Both the position numbers and the translations under genes were made by a program. The notes below the pieces were generated by a model that worked only from the letters and a program-made list of their open reading frames with translations, did not search any database and was not told the origin of the DNA. This document shows, in pieces, positions 1 to 11,354 of a stretch of 64,000 bases of DNA; position 1 is the first letter of the stretch, and each line of letters starts with the position of its first letter. Source of the DNA: Escherichia coli (GTDB lineage: Bacteria > Pseudomonadota > Gammaproteobacteria > Enterobacterales > Enterobacteriaceae); the NCBI RefSeq assembly GCF_016026235.1, contig NZ_CP065613.1; one strand, 5' to 3'.

Positions 1-724
1 GACGCTTAAACATATTGCCGAACGATTCAGCTGAGGCATAGCCCAGACGATGGGCAATTTTGGTCAACGAATATCCATCATCAAGAAGCGTCACTGCAGA
101 AATAACGTGCATTTGCTGAACCCAGTGGCGAAATGTTAATCCCGTCTCTTTAACAAATAAGCGCATGAGTGTACGGCTACTGACGTTAATTTTATCCGCT
201 AGATTATCCAGTGTTGGCAGATACCCTTGGTTGTTTAGCAAATTCTCACAAAGCTGCTGTAGCCGCTCATCATTTGGCCAAGGGAGTTCAAGTGACATTT
301 TCACCCCCATTTTTATTTCCTGAAGTATCAGTGTCTCGAGGGCTGAAAAACGTAACTGTTGTTTATCTGTGGTACTTTGCGACGGTGGAAGTTGGTTAAT
401 TGCAATTAGTAATTCCCTTAACAGGGGTGAAATACCCGTCATGAAGCAAACTGTTCCCAGCGTTTCACTTTCCGCTTCTGAAACCAGTACGGTTTTTAAA
501 AGTACGTTGCCTGTCGCAACAAACTTATGCGGCATTTGTGGGGGCAGCCAAAGCGCGCTGCTGGCATGGACTCCAGCCCATACACGAACGACTCCTTCAG
601 CCGGGTAAAGCAACTGGGCATAGAGATGTTTATGCCAGGGAACTGTACCTCCATTCAGATGTTCCGAATCCAGTCCGATAATGTGATGCCCTGGTGATGC
701 TTTGGGTTGCAGTATAATTGTCAT
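1..724 (-). CDS. AraC/XylS-family transcriptional regulator (3' end runs off the window start)
   Basis: Continuous minus-strand frame from ATG at 724..722 to position 1, absent from the ORF track because it reaches the window edge; C-terminal part reads like an AraC-type HTH (…SRTLMRLFVKETGLTFRHWVQQMHV…GYASAESFGNMFKR). Confidence 0.7.
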   Translation of the reverse strand, partial: MTIILQPKASPGHHIIGLDSEHLNGGTVPWHKHLYAQLLYPAEGVVRVWAGVHASSALWLPPQMPHKFVATGNVLLKTVLVSEAESETLGTVCFMTGISPLLRELLIAINQLPPSQSTTDKQQLRFSALETLILQEIKMGVKMSLELPWPNDERLQQLCENLLNNQGYLPTLDNLADKINVSSRTLMRLFVKETGLTFRHWVQQMHVISAVTLLDDGYSLTKIAHRLGYASAESFGNMFKR

Positions 725-820
725 TTACAGTAGGTATTTTGTCAGAAATCATCAAATAAGCCATGTTAAATTTTAAATATGACGTATGCAAGTTTCCGGA
801 TATATACGGTGTAAAGAGTG

Positions 821-1849
821 ATGATAATTTCTAAAAAACAGCTTATTGGGGTGGTAGCGATCGGTATTCTTTTGACTGGCGTTGTCTTTTTTATCTGGTG
901 GGTAAGCAAAGGAAGATTTATACAGACGACGGATGATGCTTACATTGGTGGTAATATCACCACGGTGGCAAGTAAAGTTTCTGGTTATATTTCTGCTATA
1001 GAGGTGCGCGATAATCAGAGCGTAAAAAAAGGCGATATTATCCTGCGTCTCGATGATCGGGATTATCGTGCAAATGTCGCCAGGCTTGAGGCAAAAATAA
1101 AAAGTAGCAAAGCCAATCTCGAAGGCATTCAAGCCACTATTGCGATGCAGCAGTCGATAATTCAAAGTGCCAGTGAAACATGGCAGGCAGTAAAACATGA
1201 GGAGCAAAAGCGCCTGCGAGATACTGAACGTTATGAAAAACTCGCACAATCAGCGGCAATATCGCAACAAATTATTGATAACGCCAGGTTTGACTACCAG
1301 CAGGTCGCAGCAAAGGAGCGCAAAGCCGCGAACGATTTCCTGGTGGAGAAGCAACGGCTGGCAGTTTTATCTGCTCAGGAAGAAAACGTACGTGCGAGTA
1401 TCGAAGAAGTTCAGGCCGCTTTGACTCAGGCACTACTGGATCTGGAATATACCCTTGTGCGTGCGCCGATTGATGGCATTGTCGCAAACCGCAGCGCCCA
1501 TACAGGCAGTTGGGTGGAAGGCGGCACATCGTTAGTTTCACTAGTACCAGTCAGTGAGTTGTGGGTTGATGCAAATTATAAAGAAAACCAAATAGCGGGA
1601 ATGAAGCCAGGAATGAAGGCTGAGATCCGTGCTGATATTCTCAAAGGGGAAGTGTTTCACGGTCACATTGAAAGCCTTTCCCCAGCGACAGGAGCCAGTT
1701 TCAGCTTGATTCCGATAGAAAATGCCACTGGCAATTTCACCAAAATTGTTCAGCGTGTCCCGGTACGGATTGCATTTGACGACGCAAAGGAATTAAAGCA
1801 ACTTCTTCGCCCGGGACTGTCCGTCACCGTCAGTGTTGATGAGAGATGA
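821..1849 (+). CDS. EmrA/HlyD-family membrane fusion protein of a multidrug efflux pump
   Basis: 343-aa ORF with N-terminal TM helix and EmrA-like blocks (TDDAYIGGN, WVDANYKENQI, TGNFTKIVQRVPVRI); 4-nt overlap with the downstream transporter gene. Confidence 0.8.
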   Translation: MIISKKQLIGVVAIGILLTGVVFFIWWVSKGRFIQTTDDAYIGGNITTVASKVSGYISAIEVRDNQSVKKGDIILRLDDRDYRANVARLEAKIKSSKANLEGIQATIAMQQSIIQSASETWQAVKHEEQKRLRDTERYEKLAQSAAISQQIIDNARFDYQQVAAKERKAANDFLVEKQRLAVLSAQEENVRASIEEVQAALTQALLDLEYTLVRAPIDGIVANRSAHTGSWVEGGTSLVSLVPVSELWVDANYKENQIAGMKPGMKAEIRADILKGEVFHGHIESLSPATGASFSLIPIENATGNFTKIVQRVPVRIAFDDAKELKQLLRPGLSVTVSVDER

Positions 1850-3359
1850 TGTCTATGCGTAAACATATTGCTTTCGCCAGTATGTGTATGGGATTATTTA
1901 TTGCTCAGCTTGATATTCAAATTGTATCGTCATCCCTAAATGAAATAGGTGGTGGTTTGTCCGCAGGTAAAGACGAAATGGCCTGGCTTCAGACCAGCTA
2001 TTTAATTGCTGAGATTATTGTTATTCCGCTCTCTGGGTGGCTGTCACGGGTATTTTCCACTCGTTGGCTTTTTACTCTATCCGCGGGAATATTTACTTTA
2101 ATGAGTATCGCGTGTGGACTTGCATGGAATATTCAGATCATGATTTTGTTTCGTGCTTTACAGGGAGCTGCTGGCGCATCCATGATCCCTTTAGTTTTCA
2201 CGACGGCGTTTATTTATTACCAGGGTAAAGAGTTGGGGTTGGCTGCTGCGGTAGTCAGTGCGCTGGCCTCACTGTCACCGACGCTAGGGCCAACTCTGGG
2301 GGGCTGGATCACTGATAACCTCGACTGGCGATGGCTATTTTATATCAATATATTACCTGGCATATATTTAGTTTTGAGTATTCCTTTTCTGGTTAATTTT
2401 GATAAACCTGATCTCTCTTTACTGAAAGTTGCTGATTATCCGAGTATTATCCTGTTGGCCATGACTCTGGGATGTCTGGAATATACCCTTGAAGAAGGAG
2501 CGCGCTGGGGATGGCTGGATGATAATACTATTTTGCTGACATCAGTTCTGGCATTGGTGAGTTTTATTTTATTTGCTGCGCGTACACTTACAATATCCAA
2601 TCCGATAATGGATCTTCATGCTTTTAAGGATAAAAATTTCACTCTGGGATGTTTTTTTTCTTTTTCTGGAGGGGTTGGGATATTCTCTACTGTATATTTA
2701 ATACCTGTGTTTTTGGGGCAGATTCGCGGATTAAATGCCGAAGAGATAGGTTTTGCCGTTTGCACAACAGGTATTTTCCAGTTATTTTCTGTTCCCTTTT
2801 ACTTCTGGTTAAGTAAAAAAATAAATCTGCGATGGCTGTTGATGGCGGGGCTGGGCGGATTTGTGTTTTCAATGTATCTTTTTACCCCTATAACCCACGA
2901 ATGGGGATGGCAGGAATTACTGTTTCCACAGGCAATTAGAGGGATTTCGCAGCAGTTTGCGATGGCCCCATCGTAACATTAACGCTAGGGGGAATTCCAA
3001 AAGAACGGCTGAAGTTAGCCTCTGGTGTATTTAATTTAACACGTAATCTTGGGGGCGCGATTGGTATTGCCCTGTGTGGCTCTATTCTCAATAATCGAAC
3101 TAATTTTCATTTTTCGCGAATGGGTGAAAAAATGGTTTCTGTTCCCCATACGGTGAATGACTTCATTTCCAGAAGTGCTTTATTTTTTAATCGCAGTGGA
3201 AGTGACCAGACATCGGAAATACTGGCTTCAACCAAATTATTGAGTCAATTGATGCTGAGGGAGGCGCAAACTATGGCATTTTCGGATACCTTTCTGCTAA
3301 TCAGTGGTCTGTTATTTATCGCATTTTTGTTGGTTCCTGCTATGAATAAATCATCCTGA
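1846..3359 (+). CDS. EmrB-like MFS (DHA2) efflux transporter, reading frame broken once
   Basis: 376-aa ORF ends at 2976; the C-terminal ~125 aa continue in the -1 frame from 2979 (…LTLGGIPKERL…). Adding one C to the C4 run at 2966..2969 restores a ~504-aa protein. Confidence 0.7.
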
Positions 3360-3553
3360 TCGGAGCCTGTGCTGAATTAAACTCGGGCTAAACTGTTCGA
3401 TACTGCTAACAGGCTAGTATAAAATGCCCCGCCTGCGCAGATACTCACAGGTATGAAGTAGAGTATTGTTTCAATCTGTGAAGGGAACGATGCAGTAAGT
3501 ATGAACAATTAACCCGTCTGAATCACGACGTGTGAAGGTGCATAGGAGGTTAC

Positions 3554-4117
3554 ATGAACCTTGACGACAAATCGCTGTTTCTTGACGCCATGGAAGATGT
3601 CCAGCCGCTGAAACGAGCTACAGATGTCCACTGGCATCCAACGCGTAACCAACGTGCGCCGCAGCGTATCGACACGCTGCAGCTTGATAATTTCCTCACC
3701 ACCGGATTTCTCGACATCATCCCGCTAAGTCAGCCGCTGGAGTTTCGGCGGGAAGGGTTGCAACATGGGGTGCTGGATAAGCTGCGCAGTGGTAAATATC
3801 CGCAACAGGCGAGCCTGAATCTTTTGCGCCAGCCGGTGGAAGAGTGCCGCAAAATGGTGTTCAGTTTCATTCAACAAGCCCTGGCGGATGGTTTGCGTAA
3901 TGTGCTGATTATTCATGGTAAAGGGCGGGAAGATAAATCGCATGCCAATATTGTCCGCAGCTATGTGGCGCGCTGGCTGACCGAATTTGATGATGTTCAG
4001 GCATATTGCACCGCGCTACCGCATCATGGCGGCAGCGGGGCGTGTTACGTCGCACTACGTAAAACGGCGCAGGCGAAGCAAGAAAACTGGGAGCGCCACG
4101 CTAAGCGCAGTCGTTGA
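3554..4117 (+). CDS. smrA: Smr-domain DNA endonuclease SmrA
   Basis: 187-aa ORF with good SD (aggagg); recognised as E. coli SmrA/YdaL. Confidence 0.85.
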   Translation: MNLDDKSLFLDAMEDVQPLKRATDVHWHPTRNQRAPQRIDTLQLDNFLTTGFLDIIPLSQPLEFRREGLQHGVLDKLRSGKYPQQASLNLLRQPVEECRKMVFSFIQQALADGLRNVLIIHGKGREDKSHANIVRSYVARWLTEFDDVQAYCTALPHHGGSGACYVALRKTAQAKQENWERHAKRSR

Positions 4118-4137
4118 TCTCGAGACGCATCCGCGGC

Positions 4138-5370
4138 TTATGCCGCCAGCACGCGGTTGCGTCCATCATTTTTCGCCCGATACAAAGCATCATCAACGCG
4201 TTTAAACAGTTCATCGATGCTTTCATTTCCTTCGTGATGCGCCACACCAATGCTGACGGTAAAGCGTGGTAAGCCCGAAATACTCACTTTTGCCACGCTT
4301 ACGCGGATAGTTTCAGCCAGCGAAAGCGCGGTATCCAGTGGGGTTCTTGGTAGCAATAAGACAAACTCTTCGCCTCCCCAACGAAACACCAAATCGCCTT
4401 TGCGAGCGCAACTTTCGAGGGTGCGGGCGAGGGCGCATAACACCTCATCACCTTTAGAATGCCCATAGAGATCGTTAATGTGTTTAAAACGATCGGTGTC
4501 GATGAGCAACAAGCTGTAATCCTGAGCGATGGCGAGATGCTGCATTTGGCCTGGCTCGGTAATGTGATAAAACTGTCGCCGATTCAGTAATCCGGTCATC
4601 GCGTCATGGTGAGCAGCATGTTCCAGCTGCTCCTCCAGCCGTTTTTGCTCAGTAATATCATGCACAATACATAACATGAGCTTGTCGCCATAAATTTCAA
4701 TCGGTCCGGCATAGGTCTGCACATGACGAGTAGATCCATCCGCCAGTTTATGAACAAAATTCAAAGGTTTATGACCGCCGGGTAAATGCGAAATTTCATG
4801 CATGATAGGCATGACGCGACGCCCGAGCATATTTATTTCCCAGGTATGTTTCTGGCACATCGTTTCATGGTTATAACCATAGAAATTGAGCGCGGCGAGG
4901 TTAGCATCGACGATTTGTCCATCTCGTGACGGGTCAATCAACAACATTGGTGCAGAGTTAGTCAGAAAAAAGCGCGCATAAAAACCTTGTTTTTTGCGCT
5001 GATAATTTGCCGAGCGACTGGCTTTTAAACCCAGCGTTGCCGGCGCTTCGATACCTTCGAAAATAATCACCGGTTCTGTTTCTGTCAGCTCTCGCAAAAC
5101 AAGCCGACAGCTTAATGCTGTTTCCTCTTCTTTACGCTGAACAGTGAGGATTTCGATAATATCGTGTTGGTTTTGCAGATCGGAGAGGTATTTCGGCAGT
5201 TCTTTTTGTGAGGAGACGGAATAGGGACCGGTTCGTAGCTGACTAAACGTGAGGTCTTGCATCAACAGTCGCGCCGCGCTATTGGCATAAATTAACTGTT
5301 CCTCAAAGGGCGAAACGATCCAGACAGGACTGGTGAGTAAGTCCAGGGTATTGAAGTTGTGCGTAATCAT
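4138..5370 (-). CDS. dgcM: Diguanylate cyclase DgcM (PAS-GGDEF)
   Basis: GGEEF motif (RWGGEEF) and PAS-like N-terminus; ORF extends to 5430 but the start is probably the Met at 5370 (410 aa). Confidence 0.8.
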   Translation of the reverse strand: MITHNFNTLDLLTSPVWIVSPFEEQLIYANSAARLLMQDLTFSQLRTGPYSVSSQKELPKYLSDLQNQHDIIEILTVQRKEEETALSCRLVLRELTETEPVIIFEGIEAPATLGLKASRSANYQRKKQGFYARFFLTNSAPMLLIDPSRDGQIVDANLAALNFYGYNHETMCQKHTWEINMLGRRVMPIMHEISHLPGGHKPLNFVHKLADGSTRHVQTYAGPIEIYGDKLMLCIVHDITEQKRLEEQLEHAAHHDAMTGLLNRRQFYHITEPGQMQHLAIAQDYSLLLIDTDRFKHINDLYGHSKGDEVLCALARTLESCARKGDLVFRWGGEEFVLLLPRTPLDTALSLAETIRVSVAKVSISGLPRFTVSIGVAHHEGNESIDELFKRVDDALYRAKNDGRNRVLAA

Positions 5371-5603
5371 TGAGATCCCATTATTTTTATCAATTTTTGT
5401 TGCTATCCGATCGCAAAAAAGCCACGTCATATGATCAGATAATTCTGATAATGATAGACGCTATTTAACACTTCACACGGTTTGTATACGGAAAAGCATT
5501 TTGCTTTTTGTATTCAATTTAGACAGAATTTTATTAATCATTTCAGGGTAATGGGGTGATGAGATGTTGCGTAACAGGGCCAGAAGGCTAGACTACAAAA
5601 TAA

Positions 5604-6608
<1,005 letters not shown>

Positions 6609-6654
6609 CAAAAGCAATTTTTCCGGCTATCTGTATACAAAAACGCCGCAAAGT

Positions 6655-6668
6655 TTGAGCGAAGTCAA
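6655..6668 (+). promoter_or_regulatory. FNR box (TTGAG-N4-GTCAA) centred about 42 bp upstream of fnrS
   Basis: Near-consensus FNR half-sites with class II spacing relative to the FnrS 5' end. Confidence 0.5.
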
Positions 6669-6703
6669 TAAACTCTCTACCCATTCAGGGCAATATCTCT
6701 CTT

Positions 6704-6825
6704 GCAGGTGAATGCAACGTCAAGCGATGGGCGTTGCGCTCCATATTGTCTTACTTCCTTTTTTGAATTACTGCATAGCACAATTGATTCGTACGACGCC
6801 GACTTTGATGAGTCGGCTTTTTTTT
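6704..6825 (+). ncRNA. fnrS: FnrS small regulatory RNA
   Basis: Sequence GCAGGTGAATGCAACGTCAAGCGATGGGCG… ending in hairpin GCCGACTTTGATGAGTCGGC plus T8 matches my memory of FnrS; lies between zntB and dbpA as in K-12. Confidence 0.8.
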
Positions 6826-6882
6826 GCCTGTTATTTATCAGCGTCTACCCTTTAAGAGTCCACCCAATGACCGGAGGGAAAT

Positions 6883-7053
6883 ATGACGACACTTATTTAT
6901 TTGCAAATTCCTGTCCCTGAACCGATTCCTGGCGATCCTGTTCCAGTGCCCGATCCGATCCCTCGCCCGCAACCCATGCCTGACCCACCACCCGATGAAG
7001 AACCGATTAAATTGTCGCATCGTGAGCGTAGATCTGCGAGGATACGCGCCTGA
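6883..7053 (+). CDS. Candidate 56-aa proline-rich small protein
   Basis: ATG 7 nt after GGAGGG; sequence MTTLIYLQIPVPEPIPGDPVPVPDPIPRPQPMPDPPPDEEP…; below the ORF-track length cut-off. Confidence 0.35.
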   Translation: MTTLIYLQIPVPEPIPGDPVPVPDPIPRPQPMPDPPPDEEPIKLSHRERRSARIRA

Positions 7054-7085
7054 TGACTTTGCGTCGATGACCACGAGAATAGATT

Positions 7086-8459
7086 GTGACCGCTTTTTCT
7101 ACCCTGAATGTTTTGCCTCCCGCCCAACTCACGAACCTTAATGAGTTGGGTTATTTAACCATGACGCCGGTGCAGGCCGCCGCGCTTCCGGCGATCCTTG
7201 CCGGAAAAGATGTTCGCGTGCAGGCGAAAACTGGCAGCGGCAAAACGGCGGCTTTTGGCCTCGGCTTGTTACAGCAAATTGATGCGTCGCTATTTCAAAC
7301 CCAGGCTTTAGTGCTGTGTCCTACGCGTGAACTGGCGGATCAGGTGGCAGGTGAATTGCGTCGGCTGGCGCGTTTTCTGCCAAATACCAAAATTTTGACG
7401 TTGTGCGGTGGTCAACCGTTCGGTATGCAGCGTGATTCGTTGCAACATGCGCCGCATATTATCGTGGCAACGCCGGGGCGTTTGCTGGATCACCTGCAAA
7501 AAGGCACGGTATCACTGGATGCGTTGAATACGCTGGTGATGGATGAGGCCGACCGCATGCTGGATATGGGATTTAGCGATGCCATTGATGATGTCATCCG
7601 TTTTGCGCCAGCATCTCGACAGACGCTTCTGTTTTCGGCAACCTGGCCGGAAGCCATCGCTGCAATCAGCGGACGAGTGCAACGCGATCCTTTGGCGATT
7701 GAAATTGACTCAACAGATGCTTTGCCACCCATTGAACAACAATTTTATGAGACATCCAGCAAAGGCAAAATTCCTCTGTTGCAACGGTTATTAAGCTTGC
7801 ATCAGCCATCCTCTTGCGTGGTGTTTTGCAATACCAAAAAAGATTGTCAGGCTGTCTGCGACGCGCTGAATGAAGTAGGGCAAAGTGCATTGTCGTTACA
7901 CGGCGATCTGGAGCAACGCGATCGCGATCAGACCCTGGTACGTTTTGCTAACGGTAGCGCCCGTGTACTGGTCGCGACTGATGTTGCTGCGCGTGGTCTG
8001 GATATAAAATCGCTTGAGCTGGTGGTGAACTTTGAGCTGGCGTGGGACCCTGAAGTTCATGTACATCGCATCGGCCGTACAGCTCGTGCAGGAAATAGCG
8101 GTCTGGCGATCAGTTTCTGTGCTCCGGAAGAAGCACAGCGGGCCAATATCATTTCTGACATGTTGCAGATAAAACTTAACTGGCAAACACCGCCAGTTAA
8201 TAGTTCCATTGTGCCGCTGGAAGCAGAAATGGCAACGTTGTGTATCGATGGCGGGAAAAAAGCCAAAATGCGCCCGGGTGATGTATTAGGTGCACTGACA
8301 GGAGATATCGGGCTTGATGGCGCAGATATTGGCAAAATCGCCGTGCATCCGGCGCATGTCTATGTCGCGGTCCGTCAGGCTGTTGCTCATAAAGCATGGA
8401 AACAGTTACAGGGCGGGAAGATTAAAGGAAAAACGTGCCGGGTGCGGTTATTAAAATAA
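7086..8459 (+). CDS. dbpA: ATP-dependent RNA helicase DbpA (DEAD-box)
   Basis: 457 aa; AKTGSGKT Walker A, VMDEAD box, SAT, HRIGRTAR motifs. Confidence 0.9.
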   Translation: MTAFSTLNVLPPAQLTNLNELGYLTMTPVQAAALPAILAGKDVRVQAKTGSGKTAAFGLGLLQQIDASLFQTQALVLCPTRELADQVAGELRRLARFLPNTKILTLCGGQPFGMQRDSLQHAPHIIVATPGRLLDHLQKGTVSLDALNTLVMDEADRMLDMGFSDAIDDVIRFAPASRQTLLFSATWPEAIAAISGRVQRDPLAIEIDSTDALPPIEQQFYETSSKGKIPLLQRLLSLHQPSSCVVFCNTKKDCQAVCDALNEVGQSALSLHGDLEQRDRDQTLVRFANGSARVLVATDVAARGLDIKSLELVVNFELAWDPEVHVHRIGRTARAGNSGLAISFCAPEEAQRANIISDMLQIKLNWQTPPVNSSIVPLEAEMATLCIDGGKKAKMRPGDVLGALTGDIGLDGADIGKIAVHPAHVYVAVRQAVAHKAWKQLQGGKIKGKTCRVRLLK

Positions 8460-8507
8460 TGAAATGTTGAATTGCCGGGTGCAAGAGTAAACATCTTATT
8501 CGGGATT

Positions 8508-8577
8508 GCCGGATGCGACGCTGGCCGCGTCTTATCCGGCCTCCATAAGAGTAGCCCGATACGCTTGCGCATCGGGC
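8508..8577. repeat. REP/BIME-like palindromic units
   Basis: GCCGGATGCGACGCTGGCCGCGTCTTATCCGGC followed by GCCCGATACGCTTGCGCATCGGGC between convergent dbpA and ttcA. Confidence 0.5.
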
Positions 8578-8587
8578 GCTATCCTGG

Positions 8588-9523
8588 TTATTTCACTTCA
8601 ACCACATTCAGCCGTAACTCATCCAACTGATTTTCATCTTCTTCTGGCTGCCAGCCCGCCGGTTGTAGTGGGATCTCTTCGCGATCAAACGCCAGATCAC
8701 CCCCGTTAACCACTTCAGAACCGTGGGTGATGCCTTTGAAATCGAACAGGTTGGTATCGCACAGATGCGACGGCACCACATTCTGCATCGCGCTGAACAT
8801 CGTCTCGATACGCCCTGGATAACGTTTATCCCAGTCCCGCAACATGTCAGCAATCACCTGACGTTGCAGGTTAGGCTGTGAACCGCACAGGTTGCACGGA
8901 ATAATCGGGAACGCTTTTGCATCGGCAAATCGCTGAATATCTTTCTCGCGGCAGTAGGCCAGCGGACGAATAACGATATGTTTGCCATCATCGCTCATCA
9001 GTTTCGGAGGCATACCTTTCATCTTGCCGCCGTAGAACATATTTAAGAACAACGTTTGCAGGATATCGTCACGATGGTGGCCCAACGCGATCTTCGTCGC
9101 CCCCAGTTCCGTTGCGGTGCGATAAAGGATACCGCGACGTAGCCGAGAACACAGTGAGCAAGTGGTTTTGCCCTCTGGAATCTTCTCTTTCACGATACCG
9201 TAAGTGTTCTCTTCAACAATCTTGTACTCAACGCCCAGCTTTTCAAGATACTCGGGCAGAACGTGTTCCGGGAAGCCCGGTTGCTTTTGATCGAGGTTAA
9301 CAGCCACCAGCGAAAAATTGATTGGCGCGCTTTGCTGCAAATTGCGCAGAATCTCCAGCATGGTATAGCTGTCTTTACCCCCGGAGAGGCAAACCATGAT
9401 GCGATCGCCTTCTTCAATCATATTGAAGTCAGCAATGGCTTCGCCCACGTTACGACGCAGACGTTTTTGTAATTTGTTCAGATTGTATTGTTCTTTCTTT
9501 GTAATTTGTTGATTTTCTTGCAT
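8588..9523 (-). CDS. ttcA: tRNA 2-thiocytidine synthase TtcA; its 5' end is supplied by the prophage junction
   Basis: 311 aa with SGGKDS PP-loop and Cys motifs; start [17 protein letters not shown] overlaps the att core. Confidence 0.9.
   Translation of the reverse strand: MQENQQITKKEQYNLNKLQKRLRRNVGEAIADFNMIEEGDRIMVCLSGGKDSYTMLEILRNLQQSAPINFSLVAVNLDQKQPGFPEHVLPEYLEKLGVEYKIVEENTYGIVKEKIPEGKTTCSLCSRLRRGILYRTATELGATKIALGHHRDDILQTLFLNMFYGGKMKGMPPKLMSDDGKHIVIRPLAYCREKDIQRFADAKAFPIIPCNLCGSQPNLQRQVIADMLRDWDKRYPGRIETMFSAMQNVVPSHLCDTNLFDFKGITHGSEVVNGGDLAFDREEIPLQPAGWQPEEDENQLDELRLNVVEVK
9474..9499. other. Prophage att core, left copy (TTGTTCAGATTGTATTGTTCTTTCTT)
   Basis: 26-bp sequence identical to 57929..57954; sits in the first codons of ttcA next to the integrase gene. 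Confidence 0.65.
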
Positions 9524-9574
9524 TATTTCAGTTCTCTGGTACTAAATGGGGCAAATTGGGGGCAAACTTTGCAA

Positions 9575-10810
9575 CTACGATAACCGCGCATTCAACATGG
9601 CTATCTGTTCGTCGTTCATGTCATCAATCCACATACCGTAAATTTCATACACCATTTGCGCAGTTTCATGCCCCATCTGGCTGGCTATAAATGCCGGGTT
9701 CGCTCCTGCCGTCAACAGCCAGCAGGCAAAAGTATGTCGCGTATGGTACGGATTACGGCGGCGAATACCAGCACGTTTTACTGCTGCATTCCATCTCGCA
9801 CCCAAACTGCTTACCGAGTAATAAGGTTTCTGTTTTCCGTTACACATCCTGGGCATGAAAACAAAATGCAGTTTTTGCTTTTCGGTTCTGCCGTACTCCC
9901 GATGATAAAAAGTGATTTCGCTTTTGCGATGATGCCCGGTCAGTTTGTATTGCTCCTTCAGTGCTTCAAGAGCTGGCTGTAGTAATGTTACCGTCCGGAT
10001 CCCGGCATTTGTTTTTGGGGGACCGAACATATCAAGTATCGTCAGGTTTCTTCTGACATTCACAATTCCCTTCTCGAAATCCACATCCTCCCACGCCAGA
10101 GCTGCCAGTTCCCCGTGACGAAGCCCGGAGTAAACGGCAAATTTCCACAAGTTTTGGCTCTGTCCTTTTTCACTTTCCATTAATGCATTGAATTCTGTTT
10201 TAGATAACGGGTCAGGCTTTATTCTGTTTCGCTGTAATTTTTTTACTCCTTCAAATGGTTTGGTTGATATAAATCCCGACTGATACGCAAAACGTAACAG
10301 CGAACAGAGCAGGGCGATATAGTTATCAACTGTGCGCACGGTTCTTCCTTTTTTGTTGGATCTTGGATTATCCAGGTAAAGCGTTTCTCCATGCAGCAGT
10401 TCATTCCGGTAGTTTAAGATATCGCTATAACGAATATATGATATCGGGGTACTTTCACAAATTATTATTCTGAGTGTTTTTAATTGTGATTTCGTTTTCT
10501 TCATTGTGTTTGTTGTTAACTCTGTCTCTTTAATTTTTGTCCAGATATCACAAAGCTCCCCGAACGTTTTTATGACTCTCGTTGTCACCATTTTTGCCCC
10601 AGTGCTGGACTGGGGAAAACGTCTTAAATACTCAAATTCACCGGAGTTTATTTCATGAACTATCAGCGCTCTTAAATTTCCGGCCTTTTTAATATTACTG
10701 TTTGTAATCTCCCAGCCTTTTAATGTTTCCCGACATCGTTTTCCTCGAAACATGAACCAGATGCGAATGTTTCTACCTCTAATCTCGACACCTGTTGGTA
10801 ATTTAGACAT
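9575..10810 (-). CDS. Phage integrase (tyrosine recombinase), IntR-like
   Basis: 411 aa; C-terminal catalytic region (…HTRHTFACWLLTAGANPAFIASQMGHE…YGMW) typical of lambda-family integrases; adjacent to the att site. Confidence 0.85.
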   Translation of the reverse strand: MSKLPTGVEIRGRNIRIWFMFRGKRCRETLKGWEITNSNIKKAGNLRALIVHEINSGEFEYLRRFPQSSTGAKMVTTRVIKTFGELCDIWTKIKETELTTNTMKKTKSQLKTLRIIICESTPISYIRYSDILNYRNELLHGETLYLDNPRSNKKGRTVRTVDNYIALLCSLLRFAYQSGFISTKPFEGVKKLQRNRIKPDPLSKTEFNALMESEKGQSQNLWKFAVYSGLRHGELAALAWEDVDFEKGIVNVRRNLTILDMFGPPKTNAGIRTVTLLQPALEALKEQYKLTGHHRKSEITFYHREYGRTEKQKLHFVFMPRMCNGKQKPYYSVSSLGARWNAAVKRAGIRRRNPYHTRHTFACWLLTAGANPAFIASQMGHETAQMVYEIYGMWIDDMNDEQIAMLNARLS

Positions 10811-10811
10811 A

Positions 10812-11027
10812 TCATGAGTCTTTGATAAACTGATTTATCTTTGGATAGTTGTACCAGATAATCCCTCGTTTGCTGTCTGGCTTACCTAAAGGAGATACTC
10901 GTTTGAAGTGGAAGCCCTCCACCCAACAGTTCTGGCGGTATGCTTCAATTTGTCTGGCCCCCAGACCAGTGCGAAGCATCAGGCCGTATTCAACCATCCA
11001 CTCTTCATTAAAGATTACTTGTGCCAT
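10812..11027 (-). CDS. Excisionase-like protein
   Basis: Small basic protein directly upstream of int ([16 protein letters not shown]…); ORF extends to 11051 but the start is probably the internal Met. Confidence 0.6.
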   Translation of the reverse strand: MAQVIFNEEWMVEYGLMLRTGLGARQIEAYRQNCWVEGFHFKRVSPLGKPDSKRGIIWYNYPKINQFIKDS

Positions 11028-11126
11028 CGCATCACCTCTGGCAGGCGCCAATGTTAGACTGAAATTGACGCCTGATGTTGATTATTAATAATCAGCTATG
11101 AAGTTCTAATCTGGATATAATGAAAT

Positions 11127-11315
11127 TCACGAGGACTGAAGTTTCTCGCAATTAAAATTTATCAGTTTTACTTTCTGCTCTCTGGAAACGCCTGCTTCTT
11201 TTTCCCCTGAGAGCATTTTTTCGCATTCTGATTTCGTTAGTTTTGTCTTTGAGTATCTTGTCCAGCTGGCAGGAGAACCACCTTCCTTTTCAATAGTGGC
11301 TGTAATTTTATACAT
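11127..11315 (-). CDS. Hypothetical phage protein (62 aa)
   Basis: ATG preceded by GGAGGTG; no recognisable motif. Confidence 0.4.
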   Translation of the reverse strand: MYKITATIEKEGGSPASWTRYSKTKLTKSECEKMLSGEKEAGVSREQKVKLINFNCEKLQSS

Positions 11316-11354
11316 GAACACCTCCATTAATATTTTCCCAAAATGCACTTGGTT

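Noticed and set aside
211-608. Two plus-strand ORFs (62 and 79 aa)
   Set aside because: Both lie antisense within the continuous minus-strand AraC-family reading frame.
3360-3553. Possible McaS/IsrA sRNA upstream of smrA
   Set aside because: Sequence does not match my recollection of McaS and has no clear terminator; not called.
6702-6920. 72-aa plus-strand ORF
   Set aside because: Covers the FnrS sRNA and its terminator; the RNA annotation explains the conserved sequence better.
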